64,000 nt of DNA from Octopus sinensis. Taxonomy: Eukaryota. How positions within the stretch are numbered: the first letter of the stretch is position 1; each line of letters opens with the position of its first letter. Location of the stretch: assembly GCF_006345805.1 (NCBI RefSeq), contig NC_042999.1, positions 140,926,001 through 140,990,000 of the forward strand, written 5' to 3'. Below, in pieces: positions 52,077-63,240 of the stretch. Under the pieces are notes generated by a model. That model was not told where the DNA came from. It made no database searches and saw only the letters and a list, made by a program, of their open reading frames with translations. Position numbers and translations under genes: made by a program.

Positions 52077-52122
52077 AACACAACATTTCAGCTGATATAC
52101 CCTCCAACCTTCATCAGGTGTC
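52077..52122 (-). ncRNA. Penelope-type minimal hammerhead ribozyme motif (decayed)
   Basis: gacac CTGATGA a ggttg-N10-cagct GAAA tg tt gtgtt. Confidence 0.5.
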
Positions 52123-52198
52123 TTGGGGAAATTTCGAACCTGGGTTCTCATTTCCATTTCTAAGGTATTTTTCAATGTTGTTGTTGTTATTATTATTA

Positions 52199-52228
<30 letters not shown>

Positions 52229-52230
<2 letters not shown>

Positions 52231-52704
52231 GAGTGAGAGAGCAGTGCATGCCATCAAAGTGACACTGGGGTAAAATATACGAAGCCCAGCATATCCATCA
52301 TGACTACCCGTCTGATAAGGGTACACCAGGCACATGCATCACAACCATATGTGCGCGACATGGTGATCTCATATCAAGATAAACAGCACATGACCTTGCA
52401 GGTGGGGCCCAGTTAGAATTTTCTTCAGGTCGAGTAGCCCATCCTACTCAAAAGGTCCCTGAATAAGGGTTGCTTTAGGATGTTGAATGAAACACCTATG
52501 TTTCCAGAGGTGAATTATTCAAACTCCAAAGAATCCCTCTCAACACATGGCTATGATGCTCCCCCACTACTTCTGCTCGTGATCAGAGATGCACGTATTG
52601 TCAGCCACTAAGGGACATGCTCAACTGGTTAAGGTCAAACAACTGACAAGCAAATCTGTGGTATTGAGCAGAATGTTTGCTGTAGCCCATCTTTTATACC
52701 AAGA

Positions 52705-52707
<3 letters not shown>
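52229..52707 (-). mobile_element. ~480-bp non-coding retroposon flanked on both sides by (TAT)n
   Basis: Unique body between (tat)n tracts; partial copies at 23052-23283 and 23457-23560 are also next to (taa)n. Confidence 0.8.
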
Positions 52708-52740
<33 letters not shown>

Positions 52741-52758
52741 GATTATTATTATTATTAT

Positions 52759-52904
52759 TCAGGTCACTGCCTGGAATCGAACTTGGAATCTTGGGGTTAG
52801 TAGCCCGTGCTCTTAACCATTTTGCCACAGGCATATGGCATAGTGGTTAAGAGCGCAGGCTACTAACCCCAAGGTTCCAAGTTCGATTCCAGGCAGTGAC
52901 CTGA
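52759..52904. repeat. Head-to-head inverted pair of tRNA-like units
   Basis: Plus unit: tggcatagtgg (A box) ... ggctactaacccc ... gttcgattcc (B box); its reverse complement occupies 52759-52820. Confidence 0.85.
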
Positions 52905-52966
52905 TAAATAATAATAGCATCAAAAAATACCTTAGGAATGAGAACCCAAATTCAAAATTTCTCCGA

Positions 52967-53012
52967 GATACCTGATGAAGGCTGGGGGGTATATCAGCTG
53001 AAACGTTGTGTT
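52967..53012 (+). ncRNA. Penelope-type minimal hammerhead ribozyme motif
   Basis: gatac CTGATGA a ggctg-N10-cagct GAAA cg tt gtgtt; stems I and II can pair, helix III reduced to a palindromic aacgtt. Confidence 0.6.
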
Positions 53013-53349
53013 AACAACAAACAAGATAAGGACAAATATCCGTCAAATGTAAATAATGTACATAATTCCTCATCTCGTAAATATAGAACTGTACATTTAT
53101 TTATTTCATTTATTTTCTGAAGTTGTTTTTGAAAGATTCTTGATGTGAAATCATGTGTTGAAGTAAATACTGTTGTATTTTGGGAGGGTCTTGTTGACAA
53201 ATAAAACACATGCAGTAGTTGAGTTTCACTTCAGTTTTATTATCAATTGATACATGACTAATTAATTATTTTATCATAATTCCTTTGATACAGTTTGTGA
53301 GCTTGTCAATGATAATACTCTCCTTGAACATGTCCATGATATCACATAC

Positions 53350-53391
53350 TCCTTTTTCTTCGCTGTTGGTTATATGATCAATTTTGTTTTG
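53350..53391 (-). CDS. Candidate small exon (phase 0/0): QNKIDHITNSEEKG
   Basis: Donor GTATGT, weak acceptor aaatag, open frame. Confidence 0.22.
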
Positions 53392-56300
53392 CTATTTACA
53401 TTGTGTGTGTGTGTATGCATATGATTTTGTAATTGGGTATTGGTGGTGGTGGTGGTGGTGGTGTTGTACGCTTTTGTAAGTGATGTGGAATATTTTTGTA
53501 TGGGAATGTTGAACTTGCATTGAACTTTTAGATTAGGATTTCAAACTTCTAGCTCTAACTACTTTTGGCAAATGAATATAGAAATTATATCCAGTCATTT
53601 AAAAAAACTATTTCAGCAATAAAACAAAAGCTTGATTTGGCCATTACATGAATAACCATTATAGTAATGTTTCCATAAATTCTATTACATGTATCATGTT
53701 GATGTTTCATTTCATAGCATCATTTGATTGTTTATTTCATAGAATGATGGGTTTTATTTGTTAACCATGAATTCAATACTATTCTGTGCTATGAAAACCT
53801 TTAAGACATTTGTTTGCCAGAAACCATGCCAAATGATAGATCTTTAAATGTGCAACATACATTTCCATTTGGTTGTGTTGAAAATTAAATATTTAAAGTT
53901 TCCAGGAGAGAATGTGCCAGAATATGAGCTGACATTATCCTTTAGATACAGGTGCTTGCATATTTGATGTATAAACAAGAAATCTAATTAATTAAAGTTA
54001 CACTCTTAGTGACAAGATCTATTATTATCTAAATGACTAATCCTGATCAAAAAGAGGCAGTGAAGGGAGACAACTCTGAAATGTTAATTAAGATTAATTA
54101 AATATCAGATACAAACAGATCTCATGCAATACTGCACTGCACAGAGATTGAGATGGAAAGGGAGAGAGAGGTAGAATAAGGACAAATCCAGTATTATTCC
54201 TTAATTACAGCTTATGCAAGAAAAGGTGAGTGAGAAAAGGTTGTGTGATGGAGAGTTGATAGATTATCAAATAGATTATCAACAGATGGAACACAATGGA
54301 TAAGAGACCCAAGTGTAGATAGATATATATAAACATCACACCTCCATCACTACCACCATTTTAAGGTTCATTTTGCCATGCTTACATTATTGGGCAGGTC
54401 TTCTCCAGCACTAATTGTGAACAATTATCATGGTCCTTTCCCTTCTCCTTTCTGAAACTAAACATCAAACACCTTCATGGGACTACTGAAATTCATTGAG
54501 GTAGATTTTCTATGGTGAGGTGTCCACACTTTTCTCTAAGCAAAGCATTTTGCCAGATGTATTTATAGACAATTGGAAACAACCAATGCCACTTGGATGA
54601 TGGTGATGTGCCTTAAAAATGATGATATCAAGATAAGGAGACACAGGTACAACCAAACAGAAGATAACCTGATGGTGGAATGTTACAGAACATAAAGTGG
54701 AAGGATAAAGTTTGTACATGGAAAAGAAAGAGGCACAGAAGTGCTAATTTGAATGGCTCTTGAAGGTGGAGAGTGCATAGGAAAGAAAAGATCTCCCCAT
54801 ACACAGTAGATTCAACAGAGCTATTCATGTTGACAGCAGTATTGTAATAAATTATGAAGGCAGAGAAGAGAGCTGATCCATTAAGGATAATTATTCAGAT
54901 AATTAAAATGTTTGGTAGAATAAGGTCTGGGTTAGTCACTGTCATATTGACTAGCCCAGGTAGGTACCATAGATGTTCCATAATCTCACCTTGTGTCCTT
55001 CATTTACAATCTTCTATGTTAAAATTCCCTACAAAAATAGATTATGGAAGCCATATTCATATCACAATACAGTGCCAAAATCAACATGCAAACTACGCAC
55101 ACTTCAAATAATTAACATGTGGTTTCTGACATGAAAACCTAACAGTCAAAAATTTGGCCTCTACAAAACAAATCAACGAGGGACTGCTGACATAGAAGCC
55201 TAACAGTAAATATAAACCTTTGGCAGAAAAGTCTACATGAATTCAAACAGTATATAAGAAACAATGCAGTGTATCTGTAGGCATTTACCCAAAAAGAAGA
55301 ACAAAAATGTAGGAGTGGTGAAGAGGAAGAGGTAGAGGTAAGGGTTAAAGCTGGCTGTAGTGAGTGGGGTGTGATAGCATATATGAGAGAGTGCAGAGAG
55401 TGAAAGCAGATATGTGAGATGCTAAATAATGAATGTGTGTGTGTGTAATCTCTGGGCATGATTTTAAACTTAATCTGGTATTGACCCTTTGTTGAGGAGT
55501 TCCAGAGTTTTGAAGAGTGTGGAATTAGTTTTTAACCACTAATGTTTCCATACCTATTCTGACCCAGAGAAGACATGGTCTCAGCTATGGGTTAATTAGC
55601 CTCTACAAGACGGTCACTCACAGAGATCCCAACTGACCCAGAGCAGATGAAGTCCTTCAGCCTTTTAGCAGTTCATCTGAGAGAATTTAACTCCACACAA
55701 ATCCTGCATCCTGACACTACAGAGCTCATGTTGCACTTGTTGCACCAGACCAATACAAGTTTGAAGGACAAGAGAGTAGGACTGGTCTCTCTGCACAAAC
55801 CATGCCCAAAATAATAATATTCATCATGAAAGTTGTTCAGCAAACCTAGATACCAGCACCAACACCTGCACTCTGTTTTCATAAGTCTCATAGCAATAGA
55901 GAAAAAGATGATGGGGCCAGGTAGAGGATACTAGTGGAAATCTTCATACACAGCTGTGTCTTGCTGAACCCTTGAACCATCATTTGTTCATGCAATGCGA
56001 GAGTCCATCCACCATGTGTTTGTGTTTATGGTGTATATATATATATTGGATAGATACCTGTATTTGTCTTGTGTGTTGGTATATATTTTCATATATACAT
56101 TTTTGGCTTTTGCCCTCTCAACTAGAACAAACCCTTGTCTTCAGAATTTAATCTCGTCCAACAATATCTATCAAGTTGTGTTGTTTAAACCAAAGTAAAG
56201 ATCATTCTCAATAATCTAACCTTCCTTAAAGAGTTTCAATTAAATTCATAGATAATACAAAACAGGAATAGAGTTAAGGAGTGCCTAACCAATTCATACT

Positions 56301-56476
56301 TACACATACCTTAATAACTTTCTTACACAAACTCAACATTTTCAAGTTTAGTTTTTAAAGACACTTATTACTTTATCCACATACACCCAACCAAGGTCAA
56401 CTAACCATTATATAAACTACAAGCAATTTAATCTACCCCTCATTCCAGACCAGCCCAGCTCTGAGAGAACCTCTTT

Positions 56477-56848
56477 ACTCTTTTACTTGTTTCAGTCATT
56501 TGACTGCGGCCAAGCTGGCACACTGCCTTTAGTCGAGCAAATCAACCCCAGGACTTATTCTTTGTAAGCCTAGTACTTATTCTATCGGCCTCTTTTACCG
56601 AACCGCTAAGTTATGGGGACGTAAACGCACCAGCATCGGTTGTCAAGTGATGTTGCTGTGGACAAACACACACACACACATACATATGATGGGCTTCTTT
56701 CAGTTTCCGTGTACCATATCCACTCACAAGGCTTTGGTTAGCCTGGGGCTATCATAGAAGACACTTGCCCAAGGTGCCACACAGTGGGTCTGAACCCGGA
56801 ACCATGTGGTTGGTAAGCAAGCTACTTACCACACAGCCACTCCTGCAC
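56477..56848 (-). mobile_element. SINE family B, full length
   Basis: Head gtggctgtgtggtaagtagcttgcttaccaaccacatggttccgggttcagacccactg; tail gaaacaagtaaaagagtaaa. Confidence 0.92.
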
Positions 56849-57199
56849 TTTTTGTTATTATAAACCTATATATACACTCTACCCATTGCATTACAATTTA
56901 TATCAGTGTTTGCACTATGGTGTAATATGTATTTTTGATGTACTTTACACTTATTACACAACATTTATATATATACGTGTGTGTACATATATATATGAAT
57001 ATATGTGTGTGTATATATGCATGTGTATATGTATTTTTATATATTTGTGTGTGCATATATATAGTGTTTGTGTATATATATAGTTAATCCAAGCATGAAA
57101 ACACAGAGAGAAAACACAACAATGCGAGGATGTGGAACAAGTATAGTATTATTGGACGCTCAGGAAAGAAGGAAAGAAAGAGGGTTATATATATATAAG

Positions 57200-57410
57200 T
57201 CTTTGTGTCTGTGTTTTTTCACCACCACTGCATGGCAACTGGTGTTGGTTTCTTTACATCCCTGTAACTTAGTGGTTCAGCAAAGAGACTAATAGAATAG
57301 GTACCAAGCATAAAAGAAGTACTGGAGTCAATTTATTCAACTGAAAAAATGCTTTAAAGTGGTGCCCCAACATGACCACAGTGTAATGACTGAGACAAGT
57401 GAAAGATAAA
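57200..57410 (+). mobile_element. SINE family B, 3' half
   Basis: tttgtgtctgtgttt...cagcaaagagactaatagaatag...gagacaagtgaaagataaaaga. Confidence 0.75.
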
Positions 57411-57430
57411 AGATACATATATTTTCTAAA

Positions 57431-57549
57431 AGTTTGACTCAGTTCTGCATGACTTAAAGTTTGCTCATCTGATGTTTCCGCCTCAAAACATTTGATGAGA
57501 TGTCCAACACACTCACGAAACTTTAAGTCATGTGGAGCTGAGTCAGACT
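57431..57549. repeat. 119-bp stem-loop (32-bp arms)
   Basis: agtttgactcagttctgcatgacttaaagttt ... aaactttaagtcatgtggagctgagtcagact. Confidence 0.85.
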
Positions 57550-57610
57550 GTTATTAAATACATGTAACTCCAACCAAATGTGTTCAGGGCTATTTCCTTT
57601 CATTTGTTAA

Positions 57611-57719
<109 letters not shown>

Positions 57720-57905
57720 GGTAATCTTTATTTCCAACTTAACAAGGATATCTTGTTAGAACACTAAATATGTACTTGGTGCATTAAAGCAAACACATAG
57801 ATTGTAGCAGACAAGAATCATCTGTCATGGATGCTAGAACACCCATATCATGTGGTTTCATTCTACTGAAAACCATTAGTTGGAGCTGTCTGGTTATCAC
57901 ATGCT

Positions 57906-58115
57906 AGTCAGATCTCACTGCTACAATATGTAGAATATCAACTTCTTTTCAAACACTGATGTTGCAAATAGTCAGAAGAATATTAAGATGGATATAAAGA
58001 TTATATACTGTTTCCATCACTAATAATTAATTTTTAATAAGCCTGCTGGCTATTTGTGAAACCGGTGTCTGAAAAAATGCTGATATTCAATATATCGTAG
58101 CAGTGAGATGTGACT
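57906..58115. mobile_element. MITE-like element with 35-bp terminal inverted repeats
   Basis: agtcagatctcactgctacaatatgtagaatatca vs tgatattcaatatatcgtagcagtgagatgtgact. Confidence 0.55.
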
Positions 58116-60504
58116 GGAATGTAGTGATTGGACACCTCCCACTGATGATTGCCAGTAGAATGAAATCATGGGAAATGGGAGTTCTGGTGCCCATGACATA
58201 TGATTCCCCTGCGATTTATGTGTGTACTTTTATGCATCAAGTGCCTATATGATAGGATCTCTCAAAACTAATAATGCAGTATTCAGTATTTATATCCACA
58301 TTAAGTTGGATATAAAAATTACCTTTTGGTATTAATACTGCTTCCGTCACTAATAATTAATGTGTGTATGTGAATTACGTTAGGCCATAAATATTTTTTT
58401 CTCTATTTGTATAAGTCTGAGTGTTATGACTCCTCAGGATCAAGGTAGGACAACTATTGTGCTGATGATGCCTGTTGAAGCTGAAATACTTCTGACTGAA
58501 GTTATCTTCTTGTCTCCACAAAAAATAGGCTCTTTTTTCCCAGTGACATATCAAATCCAGAGAATTCTTGATTCTTAAGAATATCTCTTCTTCTCGTTCA
58601 GAGTTCATCACAACTATCATTAGGTGTTTGTTTACCATCTCTTTAAGCTAAAGTGATTTTAATATGTCACGATATATTCTTGTATGCTTTTTAATATACC
58701 GTTATTTGACTTGGTTGCTCAAATTCTAATTGTGTACAGATTGAAGGTACTCAAATTGTTTTTATAGGAGTATTTCAGACAAAATAAATAGCATTGTGAA
58801 TTATAGTTTTTATAATAGCATATTTGTACAAAAACAGTTCACTTGAAAGAATAATCAAAGTTTCATTGGCTTACCAATTCAATCAATATTCAAAGTGTGA
58901 TCATTAATTAAGCTACATATTATCTCAGTGTTTAACGATGTTTCCTTTTTAAAAGACAGCCTAGATGACATGTGAAGTAGGATTTGCTAAGTGCATAAAT
59001 GTAATTTAAGCGATCACTGTATTTCTATGAACTTATAAAATAGTTTGCTGTATATGTATAAAGTACACTTTGCATGTTTATGTACTTTTATGTATTCATA
59101 GAATTATCAAACACACAAATCAAAGTTTTGTTATGACCAAAGTAGTGTTAGGTATAGAATATCTCAAAACTGATATTTTGTTTTCCAGCTCAGGGCAGAT
59201 ATATAAAAGTCAATTAGCTGATGTATTTATCTGTGCCTTATAAACAATGACAAATATTCATTTTTCTTCTTGTTTGCATATATTTGAATTTATAAGAGAC
59301 TTGATTTGGCATTTTACTCTCATACCTTTTCACTAAGACATTATCAATGTAACTGATAAGAAATAGCTGCAACCAGGAATTGCAACTAAAAGCTTAGCTA
59401 TAAAATCAAAAGAAATATTAAATCATACTTCATCCCACTGAACACTAATGTATACTTCTATTTTCATGTTCAATGACACAAGTTTGACTGTGTGGTTAAG
59501 AAATTTGTTTACAACTGAATTGCTTTAGAAGAACTTTCACTGCACAACACCTTGGGCAAATATCTTCTACCATAGCTCCAACTCAATCAAAACTTTGTGA
59601 AATTTTATAAACAAGCTGTGCAGGGAACTTGCCCAAGGGACAATTCCTGATCTTAGGTGGTAGATTTAATAGGTTGACCACTTAGATACCTCTTGTAATG
59701 TTCACTCTATTGTAAGCATTCAGGTTAGTTTTCTGGTGTGTGACACACCAGTCATAAAGGTCATGGAAGGATATTGAGTGCTATCTTTTCTCCTCTGACT
59801 AAATGCAAAATATTTATGGCTTACTGATTCTGTTCTTATGTACTCAATACTTATCACTAGATAAACTGAAAATACATCAATATTGATGTGTTACATTGGC
59901 ACAAGGTCATGAATTTGTAGGACTGAAATAGCCAATTGGATTCACTTCCATTATTTTATTGGCACTTGGACATTGGCGCATGCTGTAGTTCTTTGACCTA
60001 TTGGATCCTGTCAAAATGCCCAACTCATACCTGCAAGGCAGATGGATATTAAAATATGGTGCAAGGTAAAGTTGACTTTGGCAGGATTTTATATTAGAAT
60101 GATGAAACTACACACTGTAAAACTTTTAGTATGGTACACTGCCACATCTGTCTTCTCACTGCCTCTTTTTTAATCAATCCCAGTACTTGTACTTATTTCA
60201 TTTACCCTGACAAAGTAAACCACTGCAAGGTTTGAACTCATAATATGAAGAACTTAACTAAATACTGTAAAGCATTTAATCTGACATTCTATCGTCCACT
60301 TCCCTTCCTTTTAATAAATATTGATTTCTAGCACAAGACCACACTTGACAGGCCAGAGTATTTAATTATATGAACTCAATGCTTGACTTGTATACTAATT
60401 TTATTGATCTTGTGAAATTTTTTAAACTTTAAAGACTTATTTTAAATACCACAAGGCATTTTATTTGGCTGACATTCTAACAATTCTGTCAATCTATCAA
60501 ATAT

Positions 60505-60690
60505 TGCTTTCAAATTTTGGCTCAAGACCAGCAGTTTTGTGGGAAGGGTGTAAGTTGATTTCTTCGACCCCACCAAAAGAATGAGAGGCTAAGTCAACCT
60601 TGGTAGAATTTGGACACAGAACTCGAAGCTGGATAGAAAGCCACTAAGCATTTTGCCCAGCATGCTAATGATTCTGCCAGCTTACTGCCT
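60505..60690 (-). mobile_element. SINE family A
   Basis: ttttggctcaagaccagc...gctaagtcaaccttggtagaattt...ttctgccagctt. Confidence 0.8.
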
Positions 60691-60980
60691 TCAATCTATC
60701 AAATATTAAAACTTGAAATGAATAGCAGTGACAATAATTAAAAATTTGTAAAGATTTCTAAAAGTTGGTTGTTGATTCCATCTTGCTAAAATGAATACAT
60801 CATTGTTGATGCTGATCAAAACAGAAATGTGCTCATAGATTGTTGATATAGAGTAGGAAATTAATATTGTCAGTTTCTAGATTATAAAGATTCATTTAAA
60901 TTATTTGATGGTTTGTTTTAGTGAATGTTGAGAAAAAATATTAACATCTGTGGATTTATATATTTTTAATACATACTTAC

Positions 60981-61040
60981 TTTTTACTGTGGCAGTTCAG
61001 ATTGTTATGATAATTTACTCACCTGAAATAAGAAGGAAAG
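60981..61040 (-). promoter_or_regulatory. Candidate recursive splice site (CAG|GTGAGT) with a 42-nt downstream exon
   Basis: ctttccttcttatttcag|gtgagt at 61023/61022; second donor aaa|GTAAGT at 60981/60980. Confidence 0.45.
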
Positions 61041-61529
61041 ATATATAAGAATAATTTATAAAATACAATGAATTACAATTCTATTTATTGTCATATCATT
61101 TGGAAATCACCTGCTAAGATAGAATAGATAGAAAAGTAAGGATAGATATGAAAGAATTGTCATGATAATAAATTTAAAGAAGCATACTGCAAAATCTATT
61201 TCATATGTAAAAATTATTGTCAACTGAAGAAAGCATTTATAGTCTGAAATAAAAGTTAGTCGCATGTAAAAGTGAACCCCCTTTTGGGACTCTGACATTT
61301 TTCATATATTTCATATTAAAGTCAGCCCAAGCTTTTCTTAAATAACATGATTTGCTGATGGATTGAAAAAGATGTTTTCACTATTATGTATTTTAATGTC
61401 CAGTTCACACAAACAGCAGATCACAGATTGACGAATCATTACTGTTACTGAAGTATAATGCATTTGATACAAAATACATTGTACCATCCATCATTTATTC
61501 CATAAGCTAGGTCATATAATTCAGTATGA

Positions 61530-62300
61530 TGACACTTTGCAAGGGATGGACGAGGAGGATATCTTATCAGAAGTTGCCAAAGCCATTCATTGCCTGAACA
61601 AGATAATTGTGGAGCTGCTTCTATATAGAAAAGATATCACTACAAAAAAGTTGGGACATCTTTACAACAGAATATGGCACAAAGAGGAAGTCATTGAAGC
61701 CTGAAGCCTGGGGTGACAGTGTGATAGCATTTACCAAAAAAGGAGCTCTAAAGTAACTGTAACAACTGGCATAAAATAACTCTTCTGTCTGTGTCAACCA
61801 AAGTGTTCTGCAGTGTCATCTGTACCTACCTGAAGAAGGTGGTTGATGAACATTTGCTAGAAGAACAGGTAAGATTCTGAAGCAGAAGGTTGTGCAGAGA
61901 ATAAATCTTCCTGTTATGCAACTTTATTGTCATGCCAGTACTGACTCATGCATGCGAAATGTAGAAAAAAGCCTGCAAAATCAATGGAGCTGCAGATGTG
62001 TTTCACAAATATTACCTTAAGACCGTTCTAAGTATTTCTTCATGTGAGCACATCACAAACGAGTAAGTCATGGAAAGGGCTAGGGTGAGCAGTGTACCAT
62101 TACTGTGAGACCAGCGAAGGCCTCTCATGAAAGGAAGCCAGAGATAGGGTATAGGAAGTAAGGCAGACCTGTCAAAACCTGTTTGAGGACTGTGGAGTAC
62201 TGAGCAAATATGGACTTATGACCATACTGAGAGAAGATCTCTCATGATGTGATGCTGCATGGAAGTAGGAGCTGGACCACATCTCTGAGTGTAGAATTTT
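61530..62300 (+). mobile_element. Old RTE-clade LINE remnant with internal deletion
   Basis: Broken frames read KKGAL..CNNWHKITLLSVSTKVFCSVI..LKKVVDEHLLEEQVRF, then jump to the C-terminal ..EHITNE.VMERA region. Confidence 0.75.
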
Positions 62301-63112
62301 TATGAACTTTTGTGTTATAAATTTACTATTTAATTTAAATATTTCAGTTTTGTATACATAAATAAAGCTTATAAATTCATTTTCATTTACATATTTACCA
62401 TTTTCATCTTAATATCCATAGCCTTAAACTGCATTTGATTACCTAATTAGAAGTAAATATCACCACTGGTAAAACAGTATATAAATATTTATAAGAGCTA
62501 TGGGGCTATATATATTTACTAAGTAAGGTATATTTTGATGTGTATAATTATTAAGTATTATTACTGTAATTCATTAGGGTTTTTTGTTGGTTTGTTTATT
62601 CATTTAAGAGACTTTTTCATGTTACACATAAAACTTGACAGACTACCACTACCCACCCCTCCTCCTTCTCAGCCAATAATAATAATGGCTATCTGAAATA
62701 GATAGGAAAGACTAATATAGTGTTGTACAAGATTATTACATTTAAATACAACAGATTATAATTTGATATATTATGAGTTAATTACTAAGTTATTAATATA
62801 AATAACACTACAAGCATTAACTAATTTGTGACCAGAAAGAGAAAAAATAGGCCCAATCATGTTTTATTTTTTTGTTTGTTTGTTTCAAACATCAAATCAA
62901 GATAGGACACCTTGCTATATTCAACATTATTAGAATATTCTATCTTTCTTCTAGATTACTGGCAAATTATCTTGTGAGCATAAAATGGACAGTTCAAAAT
63001 AGCAGAAACAAATTATAGTATCAAATTGAGTTGGAATGACAAGTGCTCTATACTGTAATCAATAACACAGTTGCCCAGCTTGTCTCCAACTGGAGTATAT
63101 AAAGTCAAAATA

Positions 63113-63240
63113 CAGTGGTTCACAAATGGTGCACTGGTGTGCATCAAGAGATACCTAGATGCACAGTTGATTTTCTAAAAATATAATTTAAGGTTTTAGA
63201 AAATTTATTCTAATGGTTAAACATCTTGAAAAACTTATTC
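63113..63240 (+). mobile_element. hAT-like MITE 5' end
   Basis: Starts CAGTGGTTCACAAA (hAT-type terminus); related copy at 10416-10560. Confidence 0.5.

Larger units (their letters stand above)
52030..53060. mobile_element. Composite element bounded by inverted Penelope-type termini (52030-52175 minus; 52920-53060 plus)
   Basis: Both arms read aaaaataccttag..atgagaaccca..tt..aaattt..cc.aga.acctgatgaagg.tgg.gggtatatcagctgaaa.gttgtgtt..caacaaacaaga..aggacaaatatcc.tcaaatgtaaataa. Confidence 0.75.

Noticed and set aside
52836-52900. tRNA gene (ACT loop)
   Set aside because: A/B boxes are present but there is no pairing acceptor stem, and it sits in a palindromic repeat; treated as a tRNA-derived repeat
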